Positions 9,044-18,613 are shown, counted from the stretch's first letter. The stretch: 64,000 bases of DNA from Candidatus Eiseniibacteriota bacterium (GCA_036507005.1 DASXQT010000077.1:33626-97625); one strand, 5' to 3'. The notes: a model not told the origin generated them from the sequence alone. A program made the numbers and translations.

Positions 9044-10971
9044 CAGGACTCCGCGCGGTACTGCGCCGCGAACCGCAGCAGCCCGCCGGCGCGCGCGATC
9101 GCGATCCCGCGGGCGTCCAGGTCGTGACGCACGTCGAACTGGGTGCCGCGGGTGAGATTGCGAAGCACCAGCGGCCGGCCGGGCTCGAGCCCGTGCGGGA
9201 GCGTGGGAAGCTCGAGCTCGTCGCCGGCCGCGAAGCCCTCGAGATCGGCGGCGCGGCCGAAGCTGAGCGCGAGCGCGCCGGCATCGCGGAGCTGGCGGCG
9301 GAAGACGGGATCCCACGAGCGCGCGATCGCGGCACGCACGCCGAGGGCGACCAGCGCCAGCGCCGCCTGCTCGCGCGATCCGCCCCGGCCCAGGCCCTCG
9401 CCCGCCAGCACGAAGCCGCCGCCGTGGGCGAGCGCGCGGCGCGCGAACCCGGGATCGAGCGCCTCGAAGGCGTGAACCCGGAGCGCTTCGATGTCGCCGG
9501 CGAAGGGCGCGATGCGCGCGCCCCACGGCAGCACGTCGTCGATCGAGGTGCCGTCGCCGCCCGCGAGCAGCGTCACGCCGCGCACCGGGCCCGCGAGCGG
9601 ACGGCCCGCGGGCGCGACCGGGAGCCCGGAGCGCGAGGGCGGAGCCCCGTCGCCCCCGGCGAGCGGCCGCAGCACCCACGACTCGCTGCCCGTGACCGAT
9701 TCGGGCTCCCACACCGGCGCCCCGGCGAGCACCACGGTGCGTGGGTCGGTGAGCCGGCCGGTGAGCGCTCCGGCGGCGCAGCACTCGAGGCTCGCCGCCC
9801 ACCAGCGCGTGCGCGAGGCCTCGAGGTCCGAAGGGCGCACCCCGTAGCAGAGCCCGTTCTCGTAATCGCCGGTCGCCGCCGGGGCCCAGCGACTCGGCCC
9901 TCCGCTCACGATCTCGGCGCCCTGGGACGTCAGGTGCTGCAGCTCGCCCCCGTGCGCCGCGGCCTCGAGCCGCTCGCGGCTCCCGGGCAGCAGGGTGAGC
10001 GCGGTCCCGGGGTGGAGCTCGCGGCCGCGCACCCACTGCGCGAGGCGCAGCAGGTCGGCGGCGTTCGCGCACGGCCCGATCACGACGCGCCTCACCTCGG
10101 GCCCGCGCCCGGCCGGGACGTGGCGCGCGGTCTCCGGCCGCCCGAGATCGGCGAACTGGGGCTCGATCGCGCCCAGGTCGATGTCGAGGCGCGCGTCCTC
10201 GCCGGTCTCGTCGGTCTCGATCTTCTTCCAGTCGCTCTCGCGCCCGCGCGCGCGCAGCCACGCGCGCGTGACGTCGTCGGTCGGGAAGAGCGCCGCGGCC
10301 GCCCCCCACTCGGAGGCGGTGCCGGCGAGGATCATGCGATCCGCCATGGTGAGGCTCGCCACGCCCGGGCCCGAGAAATCGACGAAGCGCCCGCCCGCGC
10401 CGCGCGGGGCGAGGCGCCGAGCGATCTCGCACGCCACGTCCTGCCCGCTCACGAACGGCGCCGGCGAGCCGCGCAGCCGGATGCCGAGCACGAGGGCTTC
10501 GGGCAGGAATCGCGGCGCGCCCGCGAGCACCGCGGCCAGCTCCAGCTCGCCGCACTCGAGCACCAGCGTGCCGAGGGCGCCGGCCACCGCCACCGGCTCC
10601 CCCGCGGCCGCCGCGAGCCGCCCCGGGGAGGCGAAGCGCTCGACGTACACCGCCTCGATCCGTCCGCTGCCGGGCCGCGACACGTGCATCCCGAGCCCGA
10701 GGGCGGCGTCGTGCATCTCGGCCCCGAGGCTCGACGGCGAGCTCGAGGGCGGGAGCCGGCGCGGATCGGTGCCCATCAGGGCGAAGGGGGCCTCGAGGCG
10801 CGTGACCCCGAGCGTGAGCAGCGCCGGAAGCACGAGGCGGGCGCCGGCCTCCGCGAACACCACGTGGTCGACGCGCAGCACGTGCTCGCCCGCGTCGGGC
10901 GAGGCGGGCGCCAGGTCGCGGCGTGGATGCTGGAACGCCGCGAGCAGGGTTCGCGTGAGGCCCGAGGCCAC
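9043..10971 (-). CDS. Aconitase-family protein, fused large (LeuC-like) and small swivel (LeuD-like) domains
   Basis: ORF 9043..11241; start placed at in-frame GTG near 10971 (VASGLTRTLLAAF...VDHVVFAEAG), because upstream sequence overlaps the FmdB gene. LeuC-like motifs (IGPCANAADL, GLCYG) and a C-terminal swivel region (LLAGGDGTSIDDVLPWGARIAPFAGDIE...AIARSWDPVFRRQL). Confidence 0.55.
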   Translation of the reverse strand: MASGLTRTLLAAFQHPRRDLAPASPDAGEHVLRVDHVVFAEAGARLVLPALLTLGVTRLEAPFALMGTDPRRLPPSSSPSSLGAEMHDAALGLGMHVSRPGSGRIEAVYVERFASPGRLAAAAGEPVAVAGALGTLVLECGELELAAVLAGAPRFLPEALVLGIRLRGSPAPFVSGQDVACEIARRLAPRGAGGRFVDFSGPGVASLTMADRMILAGTASEWGAAAALFPTDDVTRAWLRARGRESDWKKIETDETGEDARLDIDLGAIEPQFADLGRPETARHVPAGRGPEVRRVVIGPCANAADLLRLAQWVRGRELHPGTALTLLPGSRERLEAAAHGGELQHLTSQGAEIVSGGPSRWAPAATGDYENGLCYGVRPSDLEASRTRWWAASLECCAAGALTGRLTDPRTVVLAGAPVWEPESVTGSESWVLRPLAGGDGAPPSRSGLPVAPAGRPLAGPVRGVTLLAGGDGTSIDDVLPWGARIAPFAGDIEALRVHAFEALDPGFARRALAHGGGFVLAGEGLGRGGSREQAALALVALGVRAAIARSWDPVFRRQLRDAGALALSFGRAADLEGFAAGDELELPTLPHGLEPGRPLVLRNLTRGTQFDVRHDLDARGIAIARAGGLLRFAAQYRAES

Positions 10972-10982
10972 GTCCGACCGGC

Positions 10983-11270
10983 TCAGGACTTCTCGGGTCC
11001 GCGCTTCGGGCCCGCCGAGGACTTGGATTCGCCGGAGGCCGGCTTGGCGCCCGCCGACTTCTCCTGCTTGGCCTTCTCCTTGTAGTCCTTGCTGCGGTGG
11101 TCGGTGATGTAGAAGCCCGAACCCTTGAAGATGAGCCCCACGCCGCCCGAGATCACGCGCCGGGCGCGGCCCTTGCAGCGCGGGCAGCGGCGGGTCTTGC
11201 GATCGCGCATGCCGTGGAACACCTCGAACTGGTGGCCGCATTTCTCGCAGCGATAGTCGTAGGTCGGCAT
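10983..11270 (-). CDS. FmdB-family zinc-ribbon putative regulatory protein
   Basis: MPTYDYRCEKCGHQFEV...CPRCKG pairs of CxxC, with Lys/Glu/Ser-rich C-terminal tail. GGAGAG upstream of ATG at 11268-11270. Confidence 0.75.
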   Translation of the reverse strand: MPTYDYRCEKCGHQFEVFHGMRDRKTRRCPRCKGRARRVISGGVGLIFKGSGFYITDHRSKDYKEKAKQEKSAGAKPASGESKSSAGPKRGPEKS

Positions 11271-11274
11271 CGGA

Positions 11275-12339
11275 TCAGCTCTCCCCGCGCGCCGGCGAGC
11301 CGTCGCGCTGCCGCGCGGCCGCCTCCTCCGCGGAGCCGGCCGCGGACGAGCCGGCCAGCACGCACGCGATGGTCGAGACCTCGACCACGTCCTCGGCGCT
11401 GCAGCCGCGCGACAGGTCGTTGGCCTGCTGCTTCAGGCCCATGAGGATGGGACCGTAGGCGCGCGCCCCGCCCAGGCGCTCCACCAGCTTGTAGCCGATG
11501 TTGCCGGCATCCAGGTCCGGGAAGATCAGGACGTTCGCATGCCCCGCCACCACGCTGTCCTTGGCTTTGCGGCTGCCCACCTTGGGATCGAGCGCGGCGT
11601 CGGCCTGGAGCTCGCCGTCGAGGTGCAGGTCGGGACGCCGCTCCCGGGCGATGCGCAGCGCGTCGCGCACCTTCTCGACGCGCGGGTGCTCGGCGCTCCC
11701 GCGGGTCGAGAACGAGAGCAACGCCGTGTGCGGCACCTCCTGGGTCAGCAGCGCGAAGCGGTCGGCGGCCAGGCACGCGATCTCGGCGAGCTGCTCGCGG
11801 GTGGGGTCCGGCACCACGCCGCAGTCGGCGAAGACCAGCACGCGCTCGCCGCTCCCCGCGACCGGCGGGACGACCATCAGGAAGAACGACGCCAGCGTCT
11901 TGACCCCGGCCTCGAGCCCGATCAGCCACAGCGCGGCCCGCACGATGTCGGCGGTCGGCCGCGAGGCGCCCGCGACGAGGCAGTCGGCGAGGCCCTCGCG
12001 CACGCGCGCCGCGGCCTGGAACACCGGATCGCGGCTCAGCCGCTCGAGGTCCAAGGTGCTCAGCCGGTCGCCGCGCGCGGCGCGCAGGGCGCGCGCGGTG
12101 CGCTCGATCTCCTCGCCGGCGGAAGGATCGAGGAGCGGCAGGCCCGCGATCGAGACTCCCGCCCGCCGCGCGGTGGCCTGCACCTCGGCGGGCGACCCGA
12201 CGAACGCGACCTCGGCGAGGCGCTCGCGCCTCAGGCGCTCGGCGGCGCGCACCACGCGCTCGTCTCCCGCCTCGGCGAGCAGCAGACGCTGCGGCCTCAA
12301 GCGCGCGATGCGCCGGATGCGCTCGAGGACCGCGCTCAT
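11275..12339 (-). CDS. pta: Phosphate acetyltransferase / phosphate acyltransferase (Pta family)
   Basis: 354-aa ORF. Motifs for the PTA_PTB family: ADCGVVPDPTREQLAEIA, AGHANVLIFPDLDAGNIGYKLVERLGGARAYGPILMGLKQQANDLSRGCSAEDVV. Confidence 0.85.
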   Translation of the reverse strand: MSAVLERIRRIARLRPQRLLLAEAGDERVVRAAERLRRERLAEVAFVGSPAEVQATARRAGVSIAGLPLLDPSAGEEIERTARALRAARGDRLSTLDLERLSRDPVFQAAARVREGLADCLVAGASRPTADIVRAALWLIGLEAGVKTLASFFLMVVPPVAGSGERVLVFADCGVVPDPTREQLAEIACLAADRFALLTQEVPHTALLSFSTRGSAEHPRVEKVRDALRIARERRPDLHLDGELQADAALDPKVGSRKAKDSVVAGHANVLIFPDLDAGNIGYKLVERLGGARAYGPILMGLKQQANDLSRGCSAEDVVEVSTIACVLAGSSAAGSAEEAAARQRDGSPARGES

Positions 12340-13064
12340 CCACCCGCCTTGCGCCGCACCGCCGCCCGCGGCTTGCCGCCCGCGCGCGCCGCCGCCGATT
12401 TGGAGGCGCGTGCGCGCGGCGCTTCGTTCCGATCCGCCGGGGCAGCCGCGCGCGCCCGGGCGCCCGCGCGCGCCGCTGGCGGCTTGGAGGCGCGTGCGCG
12501 CGGGGCGCCGCCTTCGGCGTCCGCGTCCTCCGCCGGCTCCGCCCCGTCTCCCTCGGCCGCGGCCGCCGCCCGCTTGGGGGCGCCGAGGCGGGCGCGAAGG
12601 CCCTGCTCCACGACCTCCGGCACCAGGCCCTTCACCGAGCCGCCGAGGCGCGCGACCTCCTTGACCAGGGTCGCGTTGAGATAGGTGTACTGCTGGCTCG
12701 GCATCAGGAACGCGACCTCGAGCGAGGGCGAGAGCCGGCGATTCATGAGCGCCATCTGGAACTCGAACTCGAAGTCGCTCACCGCGCGCAGGCCCCGGAT
12801 CATCACCGCCGCCCCCACGCGGCGGGCGCAGTCCACCACCAGATCCGAGAACTCCACCACCTCGACGCGCTTGAGCCCGCGGGTCGCGGTGCGGATCATC
12901 GCCAGGCGCTCGGCCATCGGGAACAGCGCGCCCTTGGCCGGGTTTTCCGCCACCGCCACCACCACGCGATCGAACAGCCGGGCGGCGCGGCGGGTGAGAT
13001 CGAGGTGGCCGTTCGTGAACGGGTCGAACGTGCCGGGGAACACCGCGGTGCGATCGCTGCTCAT
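12336..13064 (-). CDS. coaD: Phosphopantetheine adenylyltransferase (CoaD) with about 80-aa Ala/Arg/Pro/Lys-rich C-terminal extension
   Basis: ORF 12336..13079 trimmed to second ATG (MSSDRTAVFPGTFDPFTNGHLDL...) at 13062-13064, preceded by GGGAGG. Classic T/HxGH nucleotidyltransferase N-terminus. In-frame tail KRAAAAAEGDGAEP...[54 protein letters not shown] continues without a stop until it overlaps the pta start. Confidence 0.85.
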   Translation of the reverse strand: MSSDRTAVFPGTFDPFTNGHLDLTRRAARLFDRVVVAVAENPAKGALFPMAERLAMIRTATRGLKRVEVVEFSDLVVDCARRVGAAVMIRGLRAVSDFEFEFQMALMNRRLSPSLEVAFLMPSQQYTYLNATLVKEVARLGGSVKGLVPEVVEQGLRARLGAPKRAAAAAEGDGAEPAEDADAEGGAPRARASKPPAARAGARARAAAPADRNEAPRARASKSAAARAGGKPRAAVRRKAGG

Positions 13065-13075
13065 GGACGCCTCCC

Positions 13076-13657
13076 TCATTCTCTGCCTTCCACCCGATAG
13101 GTGCTCACGACGGTCTCACCGTAGGATCGCTCCCGGGTCCGCCGCAAGCGGCCGGAGGCCTCGGGAAGCGCGTCCTTGGCGTGGTGCTCGAGCACGACGC
13201 GCGCATCCGGCTTGAGCGCACCCGGCGCCCCCAGCGCCTCGAGCGTCGCGCGCGCCAGCGCCCCGCCGTACGGGGGATCGATCAGCACCAGGTCGGCTTC
13301 GACCAGCGGCCCGGCGATGCGCGCGAGGCCCCGGGGCAGCGCGAGCCCCCAGACCTTCGCCCGCTCCGCCAGCCCGAGGTCGCGCAGGTTGGCGTCGAGC
13401 GCCGCGCGCGCGTCGCGATCGGACTCCACGAAGTCGGCGCGCACCGCCCCGCGCGACAGCGCCTCGATCCCGAGCGATCCCGAGCCGGCGAAGAGGTCCA
13501 CGACCGCAACGCCATCCAGCGGCTCGAGCGCCATGAAGAGCGCCTCGCGCACCCGATCCGAGGTCGGGCGGGTGCGCCGCCCGCGCGGCGCCTTGAGCCG
13601 CCTCCCGCCCAGCGATCCCGCGATCACGCGCACCGGAGAGCGGGCAGTCTTGGGCAC
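13076..13657 (-). CDS. rsmD: 16S rRNA (guanine966-N2)-methyltransferase RsmD
   Basis: 193-aa ORF: VVDLFAGSGSLGIEALSRGA (SAM motif I) and LVLIDPPYG (DPPY N-methyltransferase motif). Confidence 0.85.
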   Translation of the reverse strand: MPKTARSPVRVIAGSLGGRRLKAPRGRRTRPTSDRVREALFMALEPLDGVAVVDLFAGSGSLGIEALSRGAVRADFVESDRDARAALDANLRDLGLAERAKVWGLALPRGLARIAGPLVEADLVLIDPPYGGALARATLEALGAPGALKPDARVVLEHHAKDALPEASGRLRRTRERSYGETVVSTYRVEGRE

Positions 13658-13715
13658 GGCCCGGGCTTAGTCAAGCGGGCCGGGCGGCTGCGGAGGGCTC
13701 GATCGCGCGCGGCGC

Positions 13716-14339
13716 TCACGGCAGCTCCACCACCTGGTACGAATCGGGCGCCGCGATCACGAACCCCGCGCGGCCGCGGGCGCGCGGAAACCGCCAGCCG
13801 CGCAGGCGGTATTCGATCCGCGCGCCGGCTTCGTCCTGGTACTCGAGCCGCGCGGGCAGACCGCGGGGATCGAGCGCGATCCACGCGGTGTCGCCGCCCG
13901 CCTCGGCGTCCCGCGGCACGAGGGCGAAGCGCCGGCCCCCGAGCGCGACCTCGCGGAAGCGCGCCCCGCCCGCGGGCAGCAGCAGCTCCCACCAGCGCCG
14001 GGCGGCGGCCGCGTTGCCGGGGCCGAGCCGCAGCATCTGCTTCAAGCCGGGCTGGAGCCACTCGCCGCCGTCGCCGCGCAGCGCGATGCGCTCGCCGGTC
14101 GCCGGGAACTCGAGCAGCGCGCGGTCGGGAGGCTCGAGGGTCACGCGGCCGCGGACCGATCGCCACGTCCCCGAGAACGGATCCAGCGCGCGGCGCTCGA
14201 TCTCGGCCTCGGCCCGCCCCCCGGCGGAGAGCCGCGTTCCGAGGGCGCGCGCGGACTCGAGCGCCGCGGGCGGCGCGGCCGCGCAGGCGAGTGCCAAGAC
14301 CAGCGCCGCGAAGGCCGGCCGCCCGGCGCGCACGCGCAC
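13716..14339 (-). CDS. LolA-like periplasmic lipoprotein-carrier fold protein
   Basis: 207 aa with signal peptide MRVRAGRPAFAALVLALACAAAPPAAL. Size and layout resemble the LolA/DUF4292 family. Assignment by general features only. Confidence 0.45.
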   Translation of the reverse strand: MRVRAGRPAFAALVLALACAAAPPAALESARALGTRLSAGGRAEAEIERRALDPFSGTWRSVRGRVTLEPPDRALLEFPATGERIALRGDGGEWLQPGLKQMLRLGPGNAAAARRWWELLLPAGGARFREVALGGRRFALVPRDAEAGGDTAWIALDPRGLPARLEYQDEAGARIEYRLRGWRFPRARGRAGFVIAAPDSYQVVELP

Positions 14340-15146
14340 TCACAGCCCCCGGGCGCGCCCCAGGGCGCTGCGCAGCGCGGACCACTCGAGCCGCTTGGCA
14401 TCGGGCGGGATGCGGACCGCGAGCCGCTCGGGCCCGGGCCGCAGATTACGCTGCACGCGCGCGAGCCGGAGCGTGAGCTTGAGCCCCGCGCCTGCGCTCT
14501 CCACGTCGAGCCGCGTCGGCCATCGCGCGCGCTCCACCATCTCCCAGCCGCCGTAGAGCGCGCGCACCTCGCGCCCCCGTGGCCGGTGCAGCTCCACCCA
14601 GCGCGGCAGCCCGTCGGGCCCGACGCCGAGCGCGAGCGAGTCGCCCTCCTCCTGCCAGCGCGCGACCAGGACGCCGCCCTCGACCCGGGCCTCGCGCCAC
14701 GCCGCGGCGGGTGGATCCCAGGTCGCGGCCAGGACGCGGCAGCCGAGCGAGCCCGGCGAGCGCAGTCCCAGCGTGTCGGCCACCGCGTCCAGGGCGACCC
14801 CGAGCCGGCGCGAGGGCACGAAGCACGAGAGCGATTCGCCGCGGGCGGCGAGATCGACCGCGGTGCCGAACAGCGATTCCACGCGCACGCGGAAGGCATC
14901 CGGGGCCCCGAGCGCCAGCCGCGCGTGGACGCCCGGCAGGTCGCCCAGCGCCTCGCCGCTCACCCACGCGCTGGCCTCGGCGTCGGCCGCCGTGGCCAGC
15001 GCCTGGCGCGCGCCGGACCCGGCGCGGTAGCGGGCCGCGCTCTCGAGCGGATCGAGGACGGGCGGCGCGACGACGTGGGGAGCGCACGAGGTCATCGCCG
15101 CCGCCGCCAGCAGCGCCGCGGCCCCGAGTGCCCCGGCGCGCCTCAT
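14340..15146 (-). CDS. Lipoprotein (LolB/DUF4292-like), lipobox-containing
   Basis: ORF 14340..15446 trimmed to ATG at 15144-15146: MRRAGALGAAALLAAAAMTSC has a lipobox with +1 Cys. About 268 aa, immediately upstream of the LolA-like gene. Confidence 0.45.
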   Translation of the reverse strand: MRRAGALGAAALLAAAAMTSCAPHVVAPPVLDPLESAARYRAGSGARQALATAADAEASAWVSGEALGDLPGVHARLALGAPDAFRVRVESLFGTAVDLAARGESLSCFVPSRRLGVALDAVADTLGLRSPGSLGCRVLAATWDPPAAAWREARVEGGVLVARWQEEGDSLALGVGPDGLPRWVELHRPRGREVRALYGGWEMVERARWPTRLDVESAGAGLKLTLRLARVQRNLRPGPERLAVRIPPDAKRLEWSALRSALGRARGL

Positions 15147-15688
15147 CGCGCCCCGGGCTCCGCCGCGCCCCGCGCGGCCCCGAGCACTTCCGCCGCCACC
15201 TGCTCCGGCGTGCGCCCGTCGGTCGCGACCCGGAGGGAGGCGACCTCCTCGTAGAGCGGCCGGCGCGCGGCGAGCAGGCTCGCGAGCTCCTGCGCGGGGT
15301 CGCGGCCGCGCAGCAGCGGGCGCGTGCGTTGGTCCGCGGCCACGCGCCGCGCGGCCTCGGCCGGCGAGACGTCGAGCCACGCCACGCGGCAGCGCTCGCG
15401 GAGCAGGGCGCGGCGCGCGGGATCGAGCACCACGCCCCCGCCGCACGCCAGCACGCGCGCTCCGGCCCCGAGCGCGCGCGCGAGGAGCTCGCTCTCGCGG
15501 CGGCGGAAGTACGCCTCCCCCTCGCGCTCGAACAGCTCCGCGACCGAGCGGCCCTCCTCGGCCTCGATCATGGCGTCGAGGTCGGCGACCACGGTCCCGA
15601 GCCTCTCGCCCAGGATGCGCGCCACCGCGCTCTTTCCGGCACCCATGATGCCGACCAGGGCGATCGGCCGGTCGAGGTCGAGGTTCAC
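15143..15688 (-). CDS. aroK: Shikimate kinase
   Basis: 181 aa: Walker A LVGIMGAGKSAVARIL, shikimate-binding region DLDAMIEAEEGRSVAELFEREGEAYFRRRESELL, lid GGGVVLDPARRALL. Confidence 0.85.
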   Translation of the reverse strand: MNLDLDRPIALVGIMGAGKSAVARILGERLGTVVADLDAMIEAEEGRSVAELFEREGEAYFRRRESELLARALGAGARVLACGGGVVLDPARRALLRERCRVAWLDVSPAEAARRVAADQRTRPLLRGRDPAQELASLLAARRPLYEEVASLRVATDGRTPEQVAAEVLGAARGAAEPGAR

Positions 15689-15782
15689 CCCGCCAGCCTA
15701 CCCCATGCGCCCCGGCGCCGGGAACGCGCGAGGCCGCCGGACCTCGAGGTCCGGCGGCCCCGTCCGCGGCAGCCGCACGCGG

Positions 15783-17141
15783 CTACTTGGTGGGCACGCT
15801 CTCGAGCAGCCGCGGGGTCACGAAGATGATGAGCTCGCGGTTCTCGTAGGTGTTGCTCTGGGAGCGGAACAGCATGCCCACGAGCGGGATGTCCTTGAGC
15901 ACCGGCACGCCGCGGCGGGTGCTCGACTCGTTGGTGCGGATCAGGCCGCCGATCACGGCGGTCTGCCCGTCGTCCACCATCACCCGGGTGTCGGCCTCGC
16001 TCGAGTTGATGATCACGCCGCCCTGCACCGTGCTCTTGCTGCCGAGGTCGCTCACCTCGGGGTGCAGGTCCATGATGATCTTCTTGTCCTGGGTGAGATG
16101 CGGGGTGACCTTGAGCTGGATGCCGATGGTCTGGAGCTGGGACACCGCGTTGCCCGCCACGTCCTGCACGATCAGCGGAATCTTCTGGCCCACCAGGATC
16201 TTGGCCTCGCGGTTGTCCACCGTCGTGATCCGCGGGTTGGAGATGACGTTGGCCTTCTGCTTCTGCTCCAGGACCTGGAGCTGCGCCTCGACGAATCCCC
16301 AGGTCTTGGAGACCCCGTAGGTGATCTTGGTCGCCGGGTCGGGGAGCCCGGTGTTGTGCTCGGCGCCCAGGGCGTTCTCGTTGTCGTTGTTGGGGTGCAT
16401 GAAGTCGGCGGGGATCGGACCGGTCTGCGAGAAGAACTCGCCCGCGCCGCCCGTCTGCGGGCCCACGTTCCACTCGATGCCCATCTGGCGCAGCGCCTCG
16501 GCGTTCACGTCCACCAGCTTGGCGGTGATCTCGATCTGCGGCGTGACGGAGTCGAGGTTGTTGGCCATCTCCTCGATCTTGGCGCAGTTCTCCTCCAGAT
16601 CGCTCACGATCATCGAGTTGGTGCGCTTCTCGACCTGGATCGAGCCGCGCCGCGAGAGCGAGGGCGCGAGCGAGCCGGAGAGCTCGGCGGCGTTCGCATA
16701 GTTGAGCTTGATGATGCGGGTGTCGAGCGGGCGCAGCTCCATGGCCTTGGCGCGCGCGGTCTCGCGCTCCACGCTCTCGGTCTGGAGCTTGGCGGAGTCG
16801 TCCACGCGCAGGATCCCGCCCTCCTCCACGTAGTCGAGCCCGCTGCTGCGCAGGATGGTGCGGAGCGCGTCCTGCCAGCCCACGTTCTTGAGCGTGACTT
16901 TGACGACCCCCTTCACGTCCTTGCTGACCACGATGTTGCGGCCGCTGAACTCGGAGATCGCCCGCACGATGGTGCGGATGTCGGCGCCCTCCACGTCGAT
17001 GCTGAAGGTGCCCGCTCCCGTCCGGACCAGGCCGACCTGCTGCATGGTGCCGGACTGCGCCGCGGCCGGCCCGGCCGCCGCCGCCAGGAGCCACATGCAG
17101 GCCCCGAGTACGAGGCCCACCTGGACCTTACCGGTTCGCAT
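15783..17141 (-). CDS. pilQ: Type IV pilus secretin PilQ
   Basis: 452 aa. Signal peptide, AMIN/N-domains, C-terminal secretin domain (LVGQKIPLIVQDVAGN...TRRGVPVLKDIPLVGMLFRSQSNTYENRELIIFVTPRLL). Confidence 0.9.
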   Translation of the reverse strand: MRTGKVQVGLVLGACMWLLAAAAGPAAAQSGTMQQVGLVRTGAGTFSIDVEGADIRTIVRAISEFSGRNIVVSKDVKGVVKVTLKNVGWQDALRTILRSSGLDYVEEGGILRVDDSAKLQTESVERETARAKAMELRPLDTRIIKLNYANAAELSGSLAPSLSRRGSIQVEKRTNSMIVSDLEENCAKIEEMANNLDSVTPQIEITAKLVDVNAEALRQMGIEWNVGPQTGGAGEFFSQTGPIPADFMHPNNDNENALGAEHNTGLPDPATKITYGVSKTWGFVEAQLQVLEQKQKANVISNPRITTVDNREAKILVGQKIPLIVQDVAGNAVSQLQTIGIQLKVTPHLTQDKKIIMDLHPEVSDLGSKSTVQGGVIINSSEADTRVMVDDGQTAVIGGLIRTNESSTRRGVPVLKDIPLVGMLFRSQSNTYENRELIIFVTPRLLESVPTK

Positions 17142-17970
17142 TGGACTGATCTCCCTTCCGCGTCAATGGAATGGCTACCGTTTGTGCTTGTCCGTCGGTC
17201 GTGAGCTTCACCAGGACGGCGTCACGCCGCAGACCCGTGACGACGCCGTTCATCACCTTGTCCCCCACCCGCAGCACCAGGCTCTGGCCGCGGCCGTCCT
17301 CGACCATGGCGAACTTGTCCTCGGTGCCCCACACGATGCCCACGACGGTCATCCCGCCCACGTCCACCGGAGCGTCGCCGCCCACGTCGGCGCCCACGAA
17401 GTCGCCGCCCACCATGGGCTGGAACGGATCGCGCCGTCCGAGGGCGTTGTACTGATAGGTGAGCTTCTGGTCGAGGTGCGCGATCGCCTGCACCCCGGGA
17501 CCGGTCGCAACCGGCCGGCCGGCCACGGCGCCCAGCGCCGGCCGGACCGTCGGCATGGTGGCGGGGCGGCTGGCCGCCGCGGGACCGCGCTTCGCGGAAA
17601 CCGGGCGGTGGCGCGCGGGCGCGACCACCGTCGACGCCGGCTTGGGAGCCGGGGCCGACGTCGGGGCCGCGACCTGCGACGAATCGGAAGCTTCGAGGAC
17701 GGGGGCGCCGCTCTTCGGCGCCGGCGCGCGCGCTCCGGCCACGGGCGCAGCGCTCTTGCCCGCCTCGGACGGCGCGGGGGCCGCGGGCCCGCCGGAGGCG
17801 GGCGCGGACGGCTTGCTCTCCATCGCGGACTCGGCGCGACTCGCGGCCGGCGCGGCGGAAAGGATCAGGCCGGCCGCGCCGAGCAGCAGCCCGGCGACCG
17901 TGGCAGGGGCCGCGCCGCGCTTCGCGGCGTGCCTGGATCCGGGTCGGGTCTCAGGACGCTTTGCGGGCAT
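17128..17970 (-). CDS. pilP: Type IV pilus assembly protein PilP
   Basis: 280 aa. Long Ala/Pro-rich linker, then C-terminal PilP beta-domain (RRDPFQPMVGG...GMTVVGIVWGTEDKFAMVEDGRGQSLVLRVGDKV). Position between pilO and pilQ. Confidence 0.75.
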   Translation of the reverse strand: MPAKRPETRPGSRHAAKRGAAPATVAGLLLGAAGLILSAAPAASRAESAMESKPSAPASGGPAAPAPSEAGKSAAPVAGARAPAPKSGAPVLEASDSSQVAAPTSAPAPKPASTVVAPARHRPVSAKRGPAAASRPATMPTVRPALGAVAGRPVATGPGVQAIAHLDQKLTYQYNALGRRDPFQPMVGGDFVGADVGGDAPVDVGGMTVVGIVWGTEDKFAMVEDGRGQSLVLRVGDKVMNGVVTGLRRDAVLVKLTTDGQAQTVAIPLTRKGDQSNANR

Positions 17971-18604
17971 TGGGCGCTCCCTCCTTCTTGTCCTTGTCCT
18001 TGTCCTCCGCGGGCGGCGGTGGCATCGCCGGCGCGGTGTTCAGGCTGTAGGCCGAAGCGGTGAAATCGGCCGAGGTGGTGATCAGGGGATCGTTGCCGCC
18101 GTTCACCTTGAGCTTCACGTTGGCGACCGTGATGATGCGACGCAGGTTCGCGAGCTCCGCCAGGAACGAGCCGATCTGGTGGTAACCGCCGCTCACCGAG
18201 ATCTGGAGCGGCATCTCCGTGTAGTACTGCTCGTTCCTCGGCCCGCTGGGGCGGAAGGTCACGAACTGGACTCCGGTCTGCTGCGCCGCGAGCGTGATCT
18301 TGCGCAGCAGCGCCGCCACCTGGCGGTCGGTGGGCAGCAGCTCCGCGGCCAGCGACCAGCGCTGGTGGAGCTGCTCGTACTCGGCCTCGAAGCGCGGCAG
18401 GTCGGCGACCGTGGCGCGGGCGCGCGCCAGCTCGGTGGACTTCTTCTCGTACTCCGCCTTGAGCACCGCGATCCGCTCGCGCTGGTTCGGATAGTTGAAC
18501 GGCAGGAGGTGGGAGAAGAAGAAGACCGCGAGCGCCGCGAGCACGAGCGCCGCGCTGATGATGATCTTCTGGACGACCGGGCTTCTGAGATCCACGCTGG
18601 CCAT
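17951..18604 (-). CDS. pilO: Type IV pilus assembly protein PilO
   Basis: 217 aa. N-terminal TM helix (IIISAALVLAALAVFFF), coiled coil, PilO core (YTEMPLQISVSGGYHQIGSFLAELANLRRIITVANVKL). Confidence 0.8.
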   Translation of the reverse strand: MASVDLRSPVVQKIIISAALVLAALAVFFFSHLLPFNYPNQRERIAVLKAEYEKKSTELARARATVADLPRFEAEYEQLHQRWSLAAELLPTDRQVAALLRKITLAAQQTGVQFVTFRPSGPRNEQYYTEMPLQISVSGGYHQIGSFLAELANLRRIITVANVKLKVNGGNDPLITTSADFTASAYSLNTAPAMPPPPAEDKDKDKKEGAPNARKAS

Positions 18605-18613
18605 GGGGCGCTC

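Noticed and set aside
6304-11085. Long plus-strand ORFs (6304-8133, 8042-9127, 8653-11085, 9995-11107)
   Set aside because: All are antisense to dprA, the HEAT protein, obg and the aconitase-family gene, with Arg/Pro/Gly-dominated translations and no recognisable domains.
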